From: Phycisphaeraceae bacterium
GTDB taxonomy: Bacteria > Planctomycetota > Phycisphaerae > Phycisphaerales > UBA1924
Direction of reading: 5' to 3'
DNA: 64,000 bases
NCBI GenBank assembly: GCA_019636495.1
Contig: JAHBXL010000014.1
Coordinates: 54,061 to 118,060 of the forward strand
Shown: piece by piece, positions 36,083 to 45,404 of the stretch
Numbering within the stretch: position 1 is the first letter of the stretch
Layout of the letters: each line of letters begins with the position of its first letter
Program-made: the position numbers and the translations under genes
Notes under the pieces: model-generated
What the model was told of the DNA's origin: nothing
Seen by the model: only the letters and a program-made list of their open reading frames with translations
Database searches by the model: none

Positions 36083-36658
36083 ATGTTCCGCAATGAGCGC
36101 CGAGGCTTCGTCCTTGCCGGATGTGTGGTTATCGGGCTGGGGGCGTACACGTCACAAGCAGAGCTTGTCACGAATGGCGGGTTTGAATCGGGGAGCTTCG
36201 CGCCTTGGTTTGCGCCACCTTGGGTGTTACCGCCCCAGCCAAATCCTCAGTACTTTGTGGTCAGCTCCGGCGGCGCACACAGCGGCAATCACTACGCCAT
36301 TCTTTCCTCATCAACCTTCCAGTACATCAGCCAGGTGCTGCCGACGACGGCGGGCACGGACTACGAACTGACCTTCTGGCTCAGGCGGCCGGGCAATGTG
36401 CCATCGACGTTTATCGTGCGATGGGAGGGCCAGATCGTCTTCCAAGAGGGCATCCTCCTCCCCGACAACACCAACTGGTGGCAGTTCACGGTTCCGTTGC
36501 ACTCGAACATCACCGGTTCATTCCTCGAACTTGGACAGGCCACCTTTCCGAACGAGTTTCACATCGACGACATCAGCGTGGTGCAGGTGCCCGGGCCGGG
36601 CGGCGCAGCCCTCTTCGCCGCGGCGGGAGCTTTCGCGCTGCGGCGCAGGCGGCGGTAA
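36083..36658 (+). CDS. PEP-CTERM-anchored protein with CBM/jelly-roll-like domain
   Basis: AAGAGG RBS then MFRNERR. ELVTNGGFESGSFAPW is typical of a CBM4/9-like or DUF642-like beta-sandwich. The C-terminus VPGPGGAALFAAAGAFALRRRRR is a PEP-CTERM sorting signal variant. Confidence 0.75.
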   Translation: MFRNERRGFVLAGCVVIGLGAYTSQAELVTNGGFESGSFAPWFAPPWVLPPQPNPQYFVVSSGGAHSGNHYAILSSSTFQYISQVLPTTAGTDYELTFWLRRPGNVPSTFIVRWEGQIVFQEGILLPDNTNWWQFTVPLHSNITGSFLELGQATFPNEFHIDDISVVQVPGPGGAALFAAAGAFALRRRRR

Positions 36659-36787
36659 GTGAACTACTCGTTCTCCTTCCCCCCGCGCCGCGATACGTCC
36701 GCACGAGGGGCAGCCGATCGGCCAGCCCGGCGGTCGCTGCGCCGCGATCGCGGGCGGCTCGTTGAAGAGCACCACCGTCGGCAATTC

Positions 36788-36870
36788 CGCCCCGCCGCAG
36801 ACCTGCACCCACCGCCCCCCTCCCCCGCACCCCCCCCCGCCCTCACCGCCCCACTCGCTCACCGCCCCTC
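36788..36870. repeat. second C-rich tract with a C9 homopolymer
   Basis: cgccccgccgcagacctgcacccaccgcccccctcccccgcacccccccccgccctcaccgccccactcgctcaccgcccc. C9 at 36830-36838. Lies between convergent genes and overlaps the last 4 codons of the 36859..37239 gene. Confidence 0.8.
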
Positions 36871-37239
36871 GCCGAAGTTCGCCTCAAGGAACCGCGCGAC
36901 ATAGTCCACGATGCTCGAGCACTCGGGGATCGTCGGGTTGCTGGTCGGGCCCATGGGCTCGAAGCGCATGCCGCGGAATCGCACCACGGCGTCGTCCAGC
37001 GTCAGGCCATATTGCAGCGCGAGGCTGAACGCCCGGCAGAACGCCTGGCACATGCCCGACATCGTCGAGCCTTCCTTGGCCATCTTGATGAATATCTCGC
37101 CCGGCCGGCCATCGGGGTGCAGGCCGATGGTTAGATACCCCTCGTGCCCGCCCACGCAGAACTTGTGGGTGACCGAGGACCGCGTCTCGGGAAGTACTTG
37201 TCGCATCGCCAGCATCGCCATCTCTCCTCCGGCATTCAT
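36859..37239 (-). CDS. stand-alone TSCPD-like domain protein (homologous to the C-terminal domain of class II ribonucleotide reductase NrdJ)
   Basis: LPETRSSVTHKFCVGGHEGYLTIGLHPDGRPGEIFIKMAKEGSTMSGMCQAFCRAFSLALQYGLTLDDAVVRFRGMRFEPMGPTSNPTIPECSSIVDYV matches the NrdJ C-terminal/TSCPD pattern. Only about 126 aa and no NrdJ catalytic barrel nearby. Start uncertain (Met codons at 37239, 37221, 37215, 37206). Confidence 0.6.
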   Translation of the reverse strand: MNAGGEMAMLAMRQVLPETRSSVTHKFCVGGHEGYLTIGLHPDGRPGEIFIKMAKEGSTMSGMCQAFCRAFSLALQYGLTLDDAVVRFRGMRFEPMGPTSNPTIPECSSIVDYVARFLEANFGEGR

Positions 37240-38372
37240 GGCCGGGCAACGCGTTTTCAGACCCAACTCCGTTCGGGAACGCCCGCCGCCTCCCTCCCAA
37301 GCCCGGCCTCCTGCGCCGACCCGCCAACATCGATGTTCCTCATGGAACATCCAAGGGAACACCGCCACTCACTCAGGGGATGAGCCCCCAATGTGTGGTG
37401 GGTTGCTGCCGTCCGTGGCCCCGTAGATACAAGGCGTAGTGGGTATCGGAAGCCCGATGACCGGGGGCACAGAATATCTTGAACTCACCGATCTGGCAAG
37501 TTCAAAGCAAGCCGATCATGCCCTGTCGCTCTTGAACAAGCCTGAACACGGGCTTTGCGTTGGTTATCCACAATTGATGGCACCCGATCCAGAACGCGCC
37601 AATTCGGCCGCGCGCCCATGGAACTGCTGCGAAGCGTACCGCGAGGAACGTCCCGCGCCTCGCAGGCCGATACAGTTGTCCTGCAAATGCCCCCAGGTCC
37701 TGTCCAAGACGAGCCGATTCTCCGCCGCGACATGGCCGCCGCAGCGCGGTGTCGTCGCGCGGGCATGGGCGGGGCGACGCTGCTTGTGCTTGTGACGCTT
37801 GTGCTTGCGACGGGCCATCGGGCCGTTTCGGTCGACCGGCACAGCATGAGCGAGTCTCGCTGGTCGGAACCAACGACAGCCCGAAATGTCCGCACGGTCG
37901 AGAACCGGACAGAGCCTGCCGGCGCCAAGCGCGCATGCGGCCCATCCCGGCCGCGGCAGGTCTGGAGCGAGTCGGACCACGGCCGCATCGCGGCGGATCG
38001 CTGGGCTCACCTTGCCCGCGAGCGGTGCCCGCGCGAGGTGCTGAGCGTACGCGATGCACTTTCGGATCTGCCGCCGCCGCTTGCCTGATTGCTGCAACGC
38101 CCCGATTCTCGCCGCGCGTCCATCGCGCGGTCGCGGGGCGAGTCACCCTCCATTCGATTGAGCCCCGTTGTGTGAGCGGCCGGCGCGGCGACTGCTGCCG
38201 CGCAGAAGACCGACGAACACAGCAGCGCTCGGCAGGCCCGCTCCCGGGGGCGACCACCGCGGTTCTTCGACCGCTCGCGGCCCACGGGCCGATTCATTGA
38301 ACACACACGCACACGCCGCGCCGCGGGAACGATCCGCAACAGCGCGGCGGAGAACCAAGGACAGGCTTCAAC

Positions 38373-41300
38373 ATGCCCGCAACCACCAACAAACCCCAAG
38401 GCATCCCGCTGATCGGCCCGGTTCTGAACTGGCTGATCGGTTCGCGCAACGAGCGGTTCGTGAAGCGCTACACGCAGCGTGTCGCGGCGATCAACTCGCT
38501 GGAATCGCAGGCCCGCGTTCTGACCGATGCGCAACTGCGCGGCAAACTCGCCGAGTTCCGCTCCCGCATCGACAAGGGACAGACCGGACAGGACCTGCTG
38601 GTGGATGCGTTCGCCATCGCCCGCGAGGCCATGGACCGCGCGGTGGGCATCCGCAACATCTTCAATCCGAAGTTCGCCGAGCAGTTCGATGCAACGAGGC
38701 TGCCCGATGATGCCCGCGCGATGTACGAGGCCGTGAAGGCGGAGATCGCCGGCAAGACCCCCCTGCTTCCCCGCACCTATGACCCCAAACTCGGGCAGCC
38801 CGCGGCCGATGCGCGTCCCGACGATGCGGACGAGTTCCGCGGGTGCAGCGAACTGGTCCCGGCGTGGATGCAGGTGGACATTCCGCCCGCGCTCTATGAA
38901 GCGGTTCGTGCGATGCTGCCGCGGAGCAGGCCGCCGTTCCGCGCCCGCCCGTTCGATGTGCAGTTGATCGGCGGCATGGTGCTCTCGGGCGGCAAGATCT
39001 CGGAAATGAAGACGGGCGAGGGCAAGACGATCGTGGGTCCGCTTGCGTGCTACCTCGCGGCGATCGAGGGCTTGAAGGTGCACGTGGTCACGGTGAACGA
39101 CTATCTCGTGCAGCGCGACCGCGACTGGACGTTCCCGTACTTCCACGCGTTGGGGCTGACGGTCGGCGCGATCCACCCGGTGCACATGCAGCCCGAGGCG
39201 CTGAAGCGCGAGATGTACAAGTGCGACGTGGTGTATGGCACGACGGCGGAGTTCGGGTTCGACTACCTGCGCGACAACATGAAGCCGCGTGCCGAGATGC
39301 AGGTGCAGAGGCGTCGCGAGTTCGCGATCGTGGACGAGGTGGACTCGATCCTGATCGATGAGGCGCGGACGCCCCTGATCATCTCCGGCCCGGCGCACGA
39401 GGGCGCGCCGCGGTACGAACTGGCCAATCGCCTCGCGCTGCACCTGGTCGAGAAGCAGAAGCCCTGGCAGCAGGCCGACGACAGGGTGCAGCATTGTCTC
39501 CGGACGATCAAGGGGCTGGAGGGCGACATCCGCAACGCGCGCGACAAGAGCAAGATCCCGCAGTTGCAGGAGCAGATGAAGGCGGCCAAGGAGCAGATGC
39601 CGGGACTGGAGGCCGAGCGCTCGAACCACACGCAGTACTACGAGATCGAACTGGACAAGCGCCAGGCCCATCTCACGCACGACGGCATCGCCGAGGCGCA
39701 GCGCGTCGCGGGGGTCGGTTCGTTCTACGTCGGCGAGAACATGGACCTGCCGCACCTGCTCGAGCAGGCTGTGCGGGCGCACGTGGTCTACCAACTCGAC
39801 CGTGACTACATCGTGATGCCGACGCAGAACCCGGACACCGGGCGCATGGAGCCGAGCATCGTGATCGTGGACGTGAACACGGGGCGGCCGATGATCGGCC
39901 GTCAGTGGTCCGACGGCCTGCACCAGGCGGTCGAGACCAAGGAAGGGGTGCCGATCCGCCAGGAAACGCAGACGGTCGCGACGGTGACGATCCAGAACTT
40001 CTTCAAGATGTACAAGCGGCTGGCCGGCATGACGGGCACGGCCGACACCGAGGCGCAGGAGTTCCACGACATCTACCGGCTGGACGTGGTATCGATCCCG
40101 ACGAACGTCGCGGTGGTGCGACGCGACTTCGACGACCTCATGTTCCTGACGGCCAAGGACAAGTGGGACTTCATCGTCGACGAGATCAAGCAGTTCCACG
40201 ACGTCGGACGGCCGGTGCTGGTGGGCACGACGAGCGTCGAGAAGAGCGAGACGCTCTCGAAGATGCTGACGGGCAAGCACGGAATCAAGCACGAGGTGCT
40301 CAACGCCAAGCAGCACGAGCGCGAGTCGCACATGATCGAGAACGCTGGCCAACTGGGCGCGGTGATGATCGCGACCAACATGGCCGGTCGCGGCACGGAC
40401 ATCAAACTCGGCGCGGTGACGCGCGAGGCTCTGCTGGATCACTGGCTGCGCCGCGGCATCTGCTCGCGGGAACTGACCGTCAACGCGACAGACGATCAGG
40501 TGCGTGAGAACGTGTACCGAAAGGTCGCGCCGCGCGAACTGGAGATCCCCAAGCGTGAGGCCGACGAGATGCCGATCGGGCAACTCGAACTGCGACTGCT
40601 GCGGCATTGGGCGATGCATCACACGTGGGTCAGCCCCAAGAAGATCGACTCGATGGACGCTGAGTCGCTCAAGAAGGAACTGGACCGGCACGGCCGGTGC
40701 CTGATGCACCGCGTGGGCTGGGTCGATTCGGTCGAGGATCTCGGCGGGCTGCACGTCATCGGCACGGAGAGGCACGAATCCCGCCGCATCGACAACCAGT
40801 TGCGCGGCCGCTCCGGCCGCCAGGGCGACAAGGGGTCGTCGCGGTTCTTCGTGTCGCTCGAGGACGAACTGATGAAGCGGTTCGCCGGCGAGCGCACGAT
40901 GAAGATTCTGGCGACTCTTGGCATGCGCGAGGGCGATGCCATCGAGCACCCGATGCTCAGCAAGAGCGTCGAGCGGGCGCAGCGCAAGGTCGAGGAATGG
41001 AACTTCCAGGGCCGCAAGAATCTGCTCGAGTACGACGAGATTATGGAGCACCAGCGCCGCGCGTTCTACGGGCTGCGGCAGCGCGTGCTGGAGGGTCGCG
41101 ACGTCAAGGGCCTGATTTTCGAGTACATCGAGCAGGCGACGACCGAGGCGTGCGACGACTTCCTCGACAAGGGGTACGCGGCGCAATGCGCATCGGAGTA
41201 CGCGCGGCAGCAACTGGATGTGACCATCGAGGCCGACCGGCTCCGCGGGCTCGACCTGGGCGACCTGGAGAAGCGCATCCGCGCCGATGCTCGCGACGAA

Positions 41301-42791
41301 GTGCGGGCGCAGATCTCCGTCACGCTGGGCGAGTACATGCCCAGCGAGGGCGCGGAGTTCGAGATGGACTTCGACGCCGAGGGGCTGGCCAAATGGGCCC
41401 GGACACACTTCGGAGTCGAACTCGACCCCGCGCACCTGCGCGAACGCGGGCTCGCCGAGCGCGCGGAGATCCAGGAGCAACTGGGCCAGGCGGCCGAGCG
41501 CCGCATCGCCGCGGCGAATCTCGACGGTCTTGCGCAGTTCGTCGAACGCCACTACGGCGCGACGGAACTCTCCAAGTGGGGCGACCGGAAGTTCGGCTTC
41601 GTGGTCCCGCCGGCGGACATCGCCAAGGCCGAGCAGACCGACCGTCGCGACGTGGTGAAACTCTTCCTGGATCGCGCCCGCGACCTCTACGCCAAGCGCG
41701 AGATCGAGTACCCCGTTGATTTCGCCATGGACCTGACCATGTCCATGATGCGGCAGAGCCCCCAGAACGCGGCGCAGCAACTGGTGGACTGGGCCAACCA
41801 GCGGCTGCAACTGGGCTGGACCGTGGAGCAACTGGTGCGGACCCCGCCGGCGCGCTGCCGCGAGGAACTCATGGCCGGCTCGAAGCGGTTCGTCGAGAGC
41901 GGCACGCTCCAGAAGACCATCGACGAGGCCCTGGCGCTTTCCGACCACGACGCACGCGTCGCGTTCTTCAAGGACCGGCAGCGGACCGAGTGGCCGGAGG
42001 CCAACCGGCGCTTCGAAGGCGAGGAACTGGAGCACGCGGTGCGGGCGAAAGTGGAATCGGTGCTGCGGGCCGAGTTGCTGTACTTCGAGCGCACGATGCT
42101 GCTCGAGACGCTGGACCCTTCGTGGAAGGACCACCTCTACGCCATGGATCAGTTGCGCGACTCCATCGGCTTCCGTGCCTTCAGCCAGCGCGACCCGCGC
42201 ATCGAGTACAAGCGCGAGGGCTCGGCGCTGTTCCAGCAGATGATGGAGAACGTGCGCGAACGCGTGACGGACTACGTCTTCAAGGTGCGGATCACGCCGC
42301 AGTTTGTCCCGCCCGGTGCGCCGCCGCAGGGCGCGGGCGGCGGCCCGCGTCCCATCGCCGCGGCTCCCCCCGCGCGGCCGTCGAGCAGCCCCGGCATCGC
42401 GGGGAGCATGATCGCCGGGCCCGGTCTGGAAGTCTCCACTGCGCCCGCCGCCCCTGCCGCGCCATCGGCCGCCCCGCAAGCAGCCGCAGCGCCTGCCGCG
42501 CAGACGGCCACGGCTCCGCCGCCGCCGAGTGCGATCTCGGCCGCGGCGGCGGGGAGCGCGCCGATGAGCGATCGTCAGCAGCGCGACCTCGAAGCGGCAC
42601 AGCGTGCCGGCGCGGCGGGCGAGGCCCCCAAGGCGGCGCCGGTCGTCCGCGCGGAGAAGCGCCTGGGTCGGAACGACCCGTGCCCGCAGGGCAGCGGGCG
42701 GAAGTACAAGAAGTGCTGCAACCGTCCTGATGGCACGTGCACGGGCGAAGGCCTGAAATCCGCCTCGCCCGACAACGGAACCGACGACTGA
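38373..42791 (+). CDS. secA: preprotein translocase ATPase SecA (unusually long, 1472 aa)
   Basis: MKTGEGKT Walker A, VTVNDYL, DEVDSILIDEARTPLIISG, TNMAGRGTDIKLG, RIDNQLRGRSGRQGD. C-terminal SEC-C-like motif DPCPQGSGRKYKKCC. Confidence 0.95.
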   Translation: MPATTNKPQGIPLIGPVLNWLIGSRNERFVKRYTQRVAAINSLESQARVLTDAQLRGKLAEFRSRIDKGQTGQDLLVDAFAIAREAMDRAVGIRNIFNPKFAEQFDATRLPDDARAMYEAVKAEIAGKTPLLPRTYDPKLGQPAADARPDDADEFRGCSELVPAWMQVDIPPALYEAVRAMLPRSRPPFRARPFDVQLIGGMVLSGGKISEMKTGEGKTIVGPLACYLAAIEGLKVHVVTVNDYLVQRDRDWTFPYFHALGLTVGAIHPVHMQPEALKREMYKCDVVYGTTAEFGFDYLRDNMKPRAEMQVQRRREFAIVDEVDSILIDEARTPLIISGPAHEGAPRYELANRLALHLVEKQKPWQQADDRVQHCLRTIKGLEGDIRNARDKSKIPQLQEQMKAAKEQMPGLEAERSNHTQYYEIELDKRQAHLTHDGIAEAQRVAGVGSFYVGENMDLPHLLEQAVRAHVVYQLDRDYIVMPTQNPDTGRMEPSIVIVDVNTGRPMIGRQWSDGLHQAVETKEGVPIRQETQTVATVTIQNFFKMYKRLAGMTGTADTEAQEFHDIYRLDVVSIPTNVAVVRRDFDDLMFLTAKDKWDFIVDEIKQFHDVGRPVLVGTTSVEKSETLSKMLTGKHGIKHEVLNAKQHERESHMIENAGQLGAVMIATNMAGRGTDIKLGAVTREALLDHWLRRGICSRELTVNATDDQVRENVYRKVAPRELEIPKREADEMPIGQLELRLLRHWAMHHTWVSPKKIDSMDAESLKKELDRHGRCLMHRVGWVDSVEDLGGLHVIGTERHESRRIDNQLRGRSGRQGDKGSSRFFVSLEDELMKRFAGERTMKILATLGMREGDAIEHPMLSKSVERAQRKVEEWNFQGRKNLLEYDEIMEHQRRAFYGLRQRVLEGRDVKGLIFEYIEQATTEACDDFLDKGYAAQCASEYARQQLDVTIEADRLRGLDLGDLEKRIRADARDEVRAQISVTLGEYMPSEGAEFEMDFDAEGLAKWARTHFGVELDPAHLRERGLAERAEIQEQLGQAAERRIAAANLDGLAQFVERHYGATELSKWGDRKFGFVVPPADIAKAEQTDRRDVVKLFLDRARDLYAKREIEYPVDFAMDLTMSMMRQSPQNAAQQLVDWANQRLQLGWTVEQLVRTPPARCREELMAGSKRFVESGTLQKTIDEALALSDHDARVAFFKDRQRTEWPEANRRFEGEELEHAVRAKVESVLRAELLYFERTMLLETLDPSWKDHLYAMDQLRDSIGFRAFSQRDPRIEYKREGSALFQQMMENVRERVTDYVFKVRITPQFVPPGAPPQGAGGGPRPIAAAPPARPSSSPGIAGSMIAGPGLEVSTAPAAPAAPSAAPQAAAAPAAQTATAPPPPSAISAAAAGSAPMSDRQQRDLEAAQRAGAAGEAPKAAPVVRAEKRLGRNDPCPQGSGRKYKKCCNRPDGTCTGEGLKSASPDNGTDD

Positions 42792-42895
42792 CGACCGAGC
42801 GACTCTCTGTGGCCGCAGGTACGCACGGCACCGTGTAGATTCGTTTGTGTAGATCCGTCTCGCGCTCCGGGGTTTCTTTGATTGGGTTGCCTGGA

Positions 42896-44113
42896 ATGCT
42901 CCGAGTTCTGCATCTGCTGGATCCGCGAGATGGGGACGAGCCGGCGCTGGCCTGCCGCGCGGCGATGACGATCCAGGGCGTGCATCACGACCTGTGGTTG
43001 GTCACGGACAATGCCGGCGAACACCGTGCCACGGCGCTCGGACTCGGAACCACCGACCGCGTGGCCGATCGGCCGCGAGCGCCGGGCACGACAGCGCGCG
43101 CCATGCGGCGGCTGCTGGAGAACCGATACGACGATGCGGGCCTGCCCACGCCGGACCTTGTGCAGTGCTGGTCGGTGGGCATGCTCGGCGCCGCCCGAGC
43201 GGCCTTCGGCAAGCGGACGATCCCGAGATGCGCCGTGCTGACCCGCACGCCGATGCCGCTTCCCACGGCGGGCCGTTGGCTGGCGCGGCATCGCATCGAA
43301 CGCGCGCTGGACGACACCACCCTGCTCGCGATCGACCCGACCATCCGCGAGGCGTGGGCCCAGCCCGCCTCGGTCGGCCGCGGCGGTCTGCGCATGCTCG
43401 ACAACATCCGCCTGTGCGAGCCGCCCGGCCGAGCGCCGGACGTCGATGCGCATGAGCGCGGTCGTGCCCGCACGGCGCTGGGCATTCGAGACGATGCGGT
43501 CGCGGTCGTGATGCTGGCCGATCCGCCCGCAGCGGCGGACGCGCTGCGCTTTGTGTTTCTCGTCGGTTTGATCCACTGCGCGGGGGTGCGCGTTGTCGCG
43601 GTGGCGCGGAGCGGCCAGCGCGGCGATCGGCGCGCAGCCAGGTTCGTCGCCGGGCATTCGCGCAGGTGGGGATTGGTGGTGTCGGATCGGCCGATGACAG
43701 AACTCATCCACGCGGCGGACATTGCTGTGTGGGACACGGGCGAGCACGGCATTCCCTCATCGGGCCCGATGCTCATCCGCGAGGCTCTGTCGCGGGGTGT
43801 GCCGGTCGCGGCGGCATGGCGGCCGATGGCAGCGCGTGCCCTCGGCCCGCTGGCATCGGCGTGCATGGCGGCCAGCGACACACCGCAACTGGTCGCCGGT
43901 CGAATCCACGCGCTGGCGCGCGATGCCGCGCTGCGTGCTCGCGTGGCGGACGAGAGCCGTCGCTTCGCCGCATCGTGCGCCGAGCGCGACGACTTCCGGC
44001 GGACACTTCGGGCGCTGTGGGAGGAACGTGCCAACGTGCCGACCATCCGTCCGGGGCTGCCGATCCCGGAGGAAATGCTTGCCGACGCGGCGCACGCGGG
44101 GACCGGCACATGA
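42896..44113 (+). CDS. hypothetical protein, weakly glycosyltransferase (GT-B/GT4)-like
   Basis: MLRVLHLLD start is typical of GT4 N-termini. The C-terminal half (ELIHAADIAVWDTGE...IREALSRGVPVAA) resembles the GT-B nucleotide-sugar binding region, but the EX7E motif is not clear. Confidence 0.4.
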   Translation: MLRVLHLLDPRDGDEPALACRAAMTIQGVHHDLWLVTDNAGEHRATALGLGTTDRVADRPRAPGTTARAMRRLLENRYDDAGLPTPDLVQCWSVGMLGAARAAFGKRTIPRCAVLTRTPMPLPTAGRWLARHRIERALDDTTLLAIDPTIREAWAQPASVGRGGLRMLDNIRLCEPPGRAPDVDAHERGRARTALGIRDDAVAVVMLADPPAAADALRFVFLVGLIHCAGVRVVAVARSGQRGDRRAARFVAGHSRRWGLVVSDRPMTELIHAADIAVWDTGEHGIPSSGPMLIREALSRGVPVAAAWRPMAARALGPLASACMAASDTPQLVAGRIHALARDAALRARVADESRRFAASCAERDDFRRTLRALWEERANVPTIRPGLPIPEEMLADAAHAGTGT

Positions 44114-44631
44114 CCGACCTGTCGCGTGTGCGCTCGGTGCTGTTTGTCTGCCTAGGGAACATCTGCCGCTCGCCGCTGGCGCAAGGTGTGATGGAGCACA
44201 TGGCTGTGCAGCGGGGCGTGCGCAAACTGCTGACGGTCGAGTCGTGCGGCACGGGGGCATGGCACATCGGCGAACCACCCGACTCGCGCACGATCGACGT
44301 CGCGCACCGCAACGGTGTGCGATTGGCCTCGCGAGCGAGGCAACTTGCGCCCCACACTGACTTTGCACGCTTTGACCTGCTCCTGGCGATGGACAGGCGG
44401 AACCACGCTTCCGTTCTGCGGGCGGGTTGTCCCGAACACAAGGCCTTGCTGTTCAGAGCGTTCGACCCCATCGCCCGTGCAGACCCCGAAAACGATGCAT
44501 GGAACCTCGAAGTGCCCGATCCGTATCATGGTGGGCCCGCGGGGTTTGATGAGAACTTCGCGATGGTGCACCGCACGGTCGGTGCGCTCCTCGACGGCAT
44601 GTTCCCACAGGATCCAACGGCCCGCTCATGA
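44110..44631 (+). CDS. low-molecular-weight protein-tyrosine phosphatase
   Basis: [15 protein letters not shown] (C-x5-R P-loop) and DPYHG (Asp loop). ATG at 44110 overlaps the upstream stop (ATGA). Confidence 0.85.
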   Translation: MTDLSRVRSVLFVCLGNICRSPLAQGVMEHMAVQRGVRKLLTVESCGTGAWHIGEPPDSRTIDVAHRNGVRLASRARQLAPHTDFARFDLLLAMDRRNHASVLRAGCPEHKALLFRAFDPIARADPENDAWNLEVPDPYHGGPAGFDENFAMVHRTVGALLDGMFPQDPTARS

Positions 44632-45401
44632 TGACCCCACCCTTGCACCGTCGCCGCGGCGGCTTCACGCTGATCGAACTGCTTGTGGTGATCGCGATCA
44701 TCGCGCTGCTGGTCGGGCTGTTGCTGCCCGCGCTGGGCTCGGCGCGAAACGCCGCCCGCGCGACCGTGTGTGCCTCGCGCCTGCAGCAACTGGGCATCGG
44801 CCTCTCGCTGTACATGGAGGACTTCGATCGGCAACTGCCGCAGGTGCGCGTCGACGTCGGCGGCGGCTACATGACGAACATCGGGACCCTCTTCGGCGGC
44901 AAGAAAGGCTGGCTTCCGGCCTACGGCATCAACGAGTACGGCCCCGAGCGCCGACCGCTGAACCCCTACGTGCACGACAAGGCCGTGCCGCCTGATTCCG
45001 AGAACAACCCGTACGAGATGGAGGCGTTCAAGTCTCCGGCCGACAAGGGCGGAAACGTGCCTGGCCTGGGGTTCGTCGCCAGCATGTACGACCTGCTGGG
45101 CACGAGTTACACGCTCAACGACCACGCGCTCGACGGCGAGTGGCGCACCACGCTCATACCGCTCGAGGGCGGGAAGATGCCGTACATCATGGACCCGACC
45201 AAGACCTGGGTCCTCGGCACGCACCCGATCTACAACTATCAGGAGGGCGGGGACCGACAGCACCGCTGGTACAACGCGCGGCGCGTGGATGCGAACCTGC
45301 TCTTTCTCGATTTCCACGTCAAGACGCTGGCGCGCGTGCCGCAGGGCGTGGTGAACACCACGCCCGATTACACCTTCCTGCCGCGACCTGATTGGCCGTG
45401 A
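44628..45401 (+). CDS. prepilin-type N-terminal cleavage/methylation domain protein (DUF1559-like pseudopilin)
   Basis: [47 protein letters not shown]-terminal [13 protein letters not shown] overlap with the LMW-PTP stop. Confidence 0.8.
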   Translation: MMTPPLHRRRGGFTLIELLVVIAIIALLVGLLLPALGSARNAARATVCASRLQQLGIGLSLYMEDFDRQLPQVRVDVGGGYMTNIGTLFGGKKGWLPAYGINEYGPERRPLNPYVHDKAVPPDSENNPYEMEAFKSPADKGGNVPGLGFVASMYDLLGTSYTLNDHALDGEWRTTLIPLEGGKMPYIMDPTKTWVLGTHPIYNYQEGGDRQHRWYNARRVDANLLFLDFHVKTLARVPQGVVNTTPDYTFLPRPDWP

Positions 45402-45404
45402 CCC

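Noticed and set aside
36859-37368. Calling the NrdJ-like ORF a truncated nrdJ pseudogene.
   Set aside because: Upstream sequence (37240-37368 and beyond) shows no NrdJ-like translation in any frame that I can see, and stand-alone TSCPD-domain proteins are a known class. A pseudogene is not excluded but is less parsimonious.
37564-37818. 84-aa minus-strand ORF beginning MARRKHKRHKHKQRRP, in the 1.1-kb gap before secA.
   Set aside because: No recognisable family or RBS, and third-position GC is visibly lower than in neighbouring genes, especially in the second half. Kept only as a note under the non-coding-gap finding.
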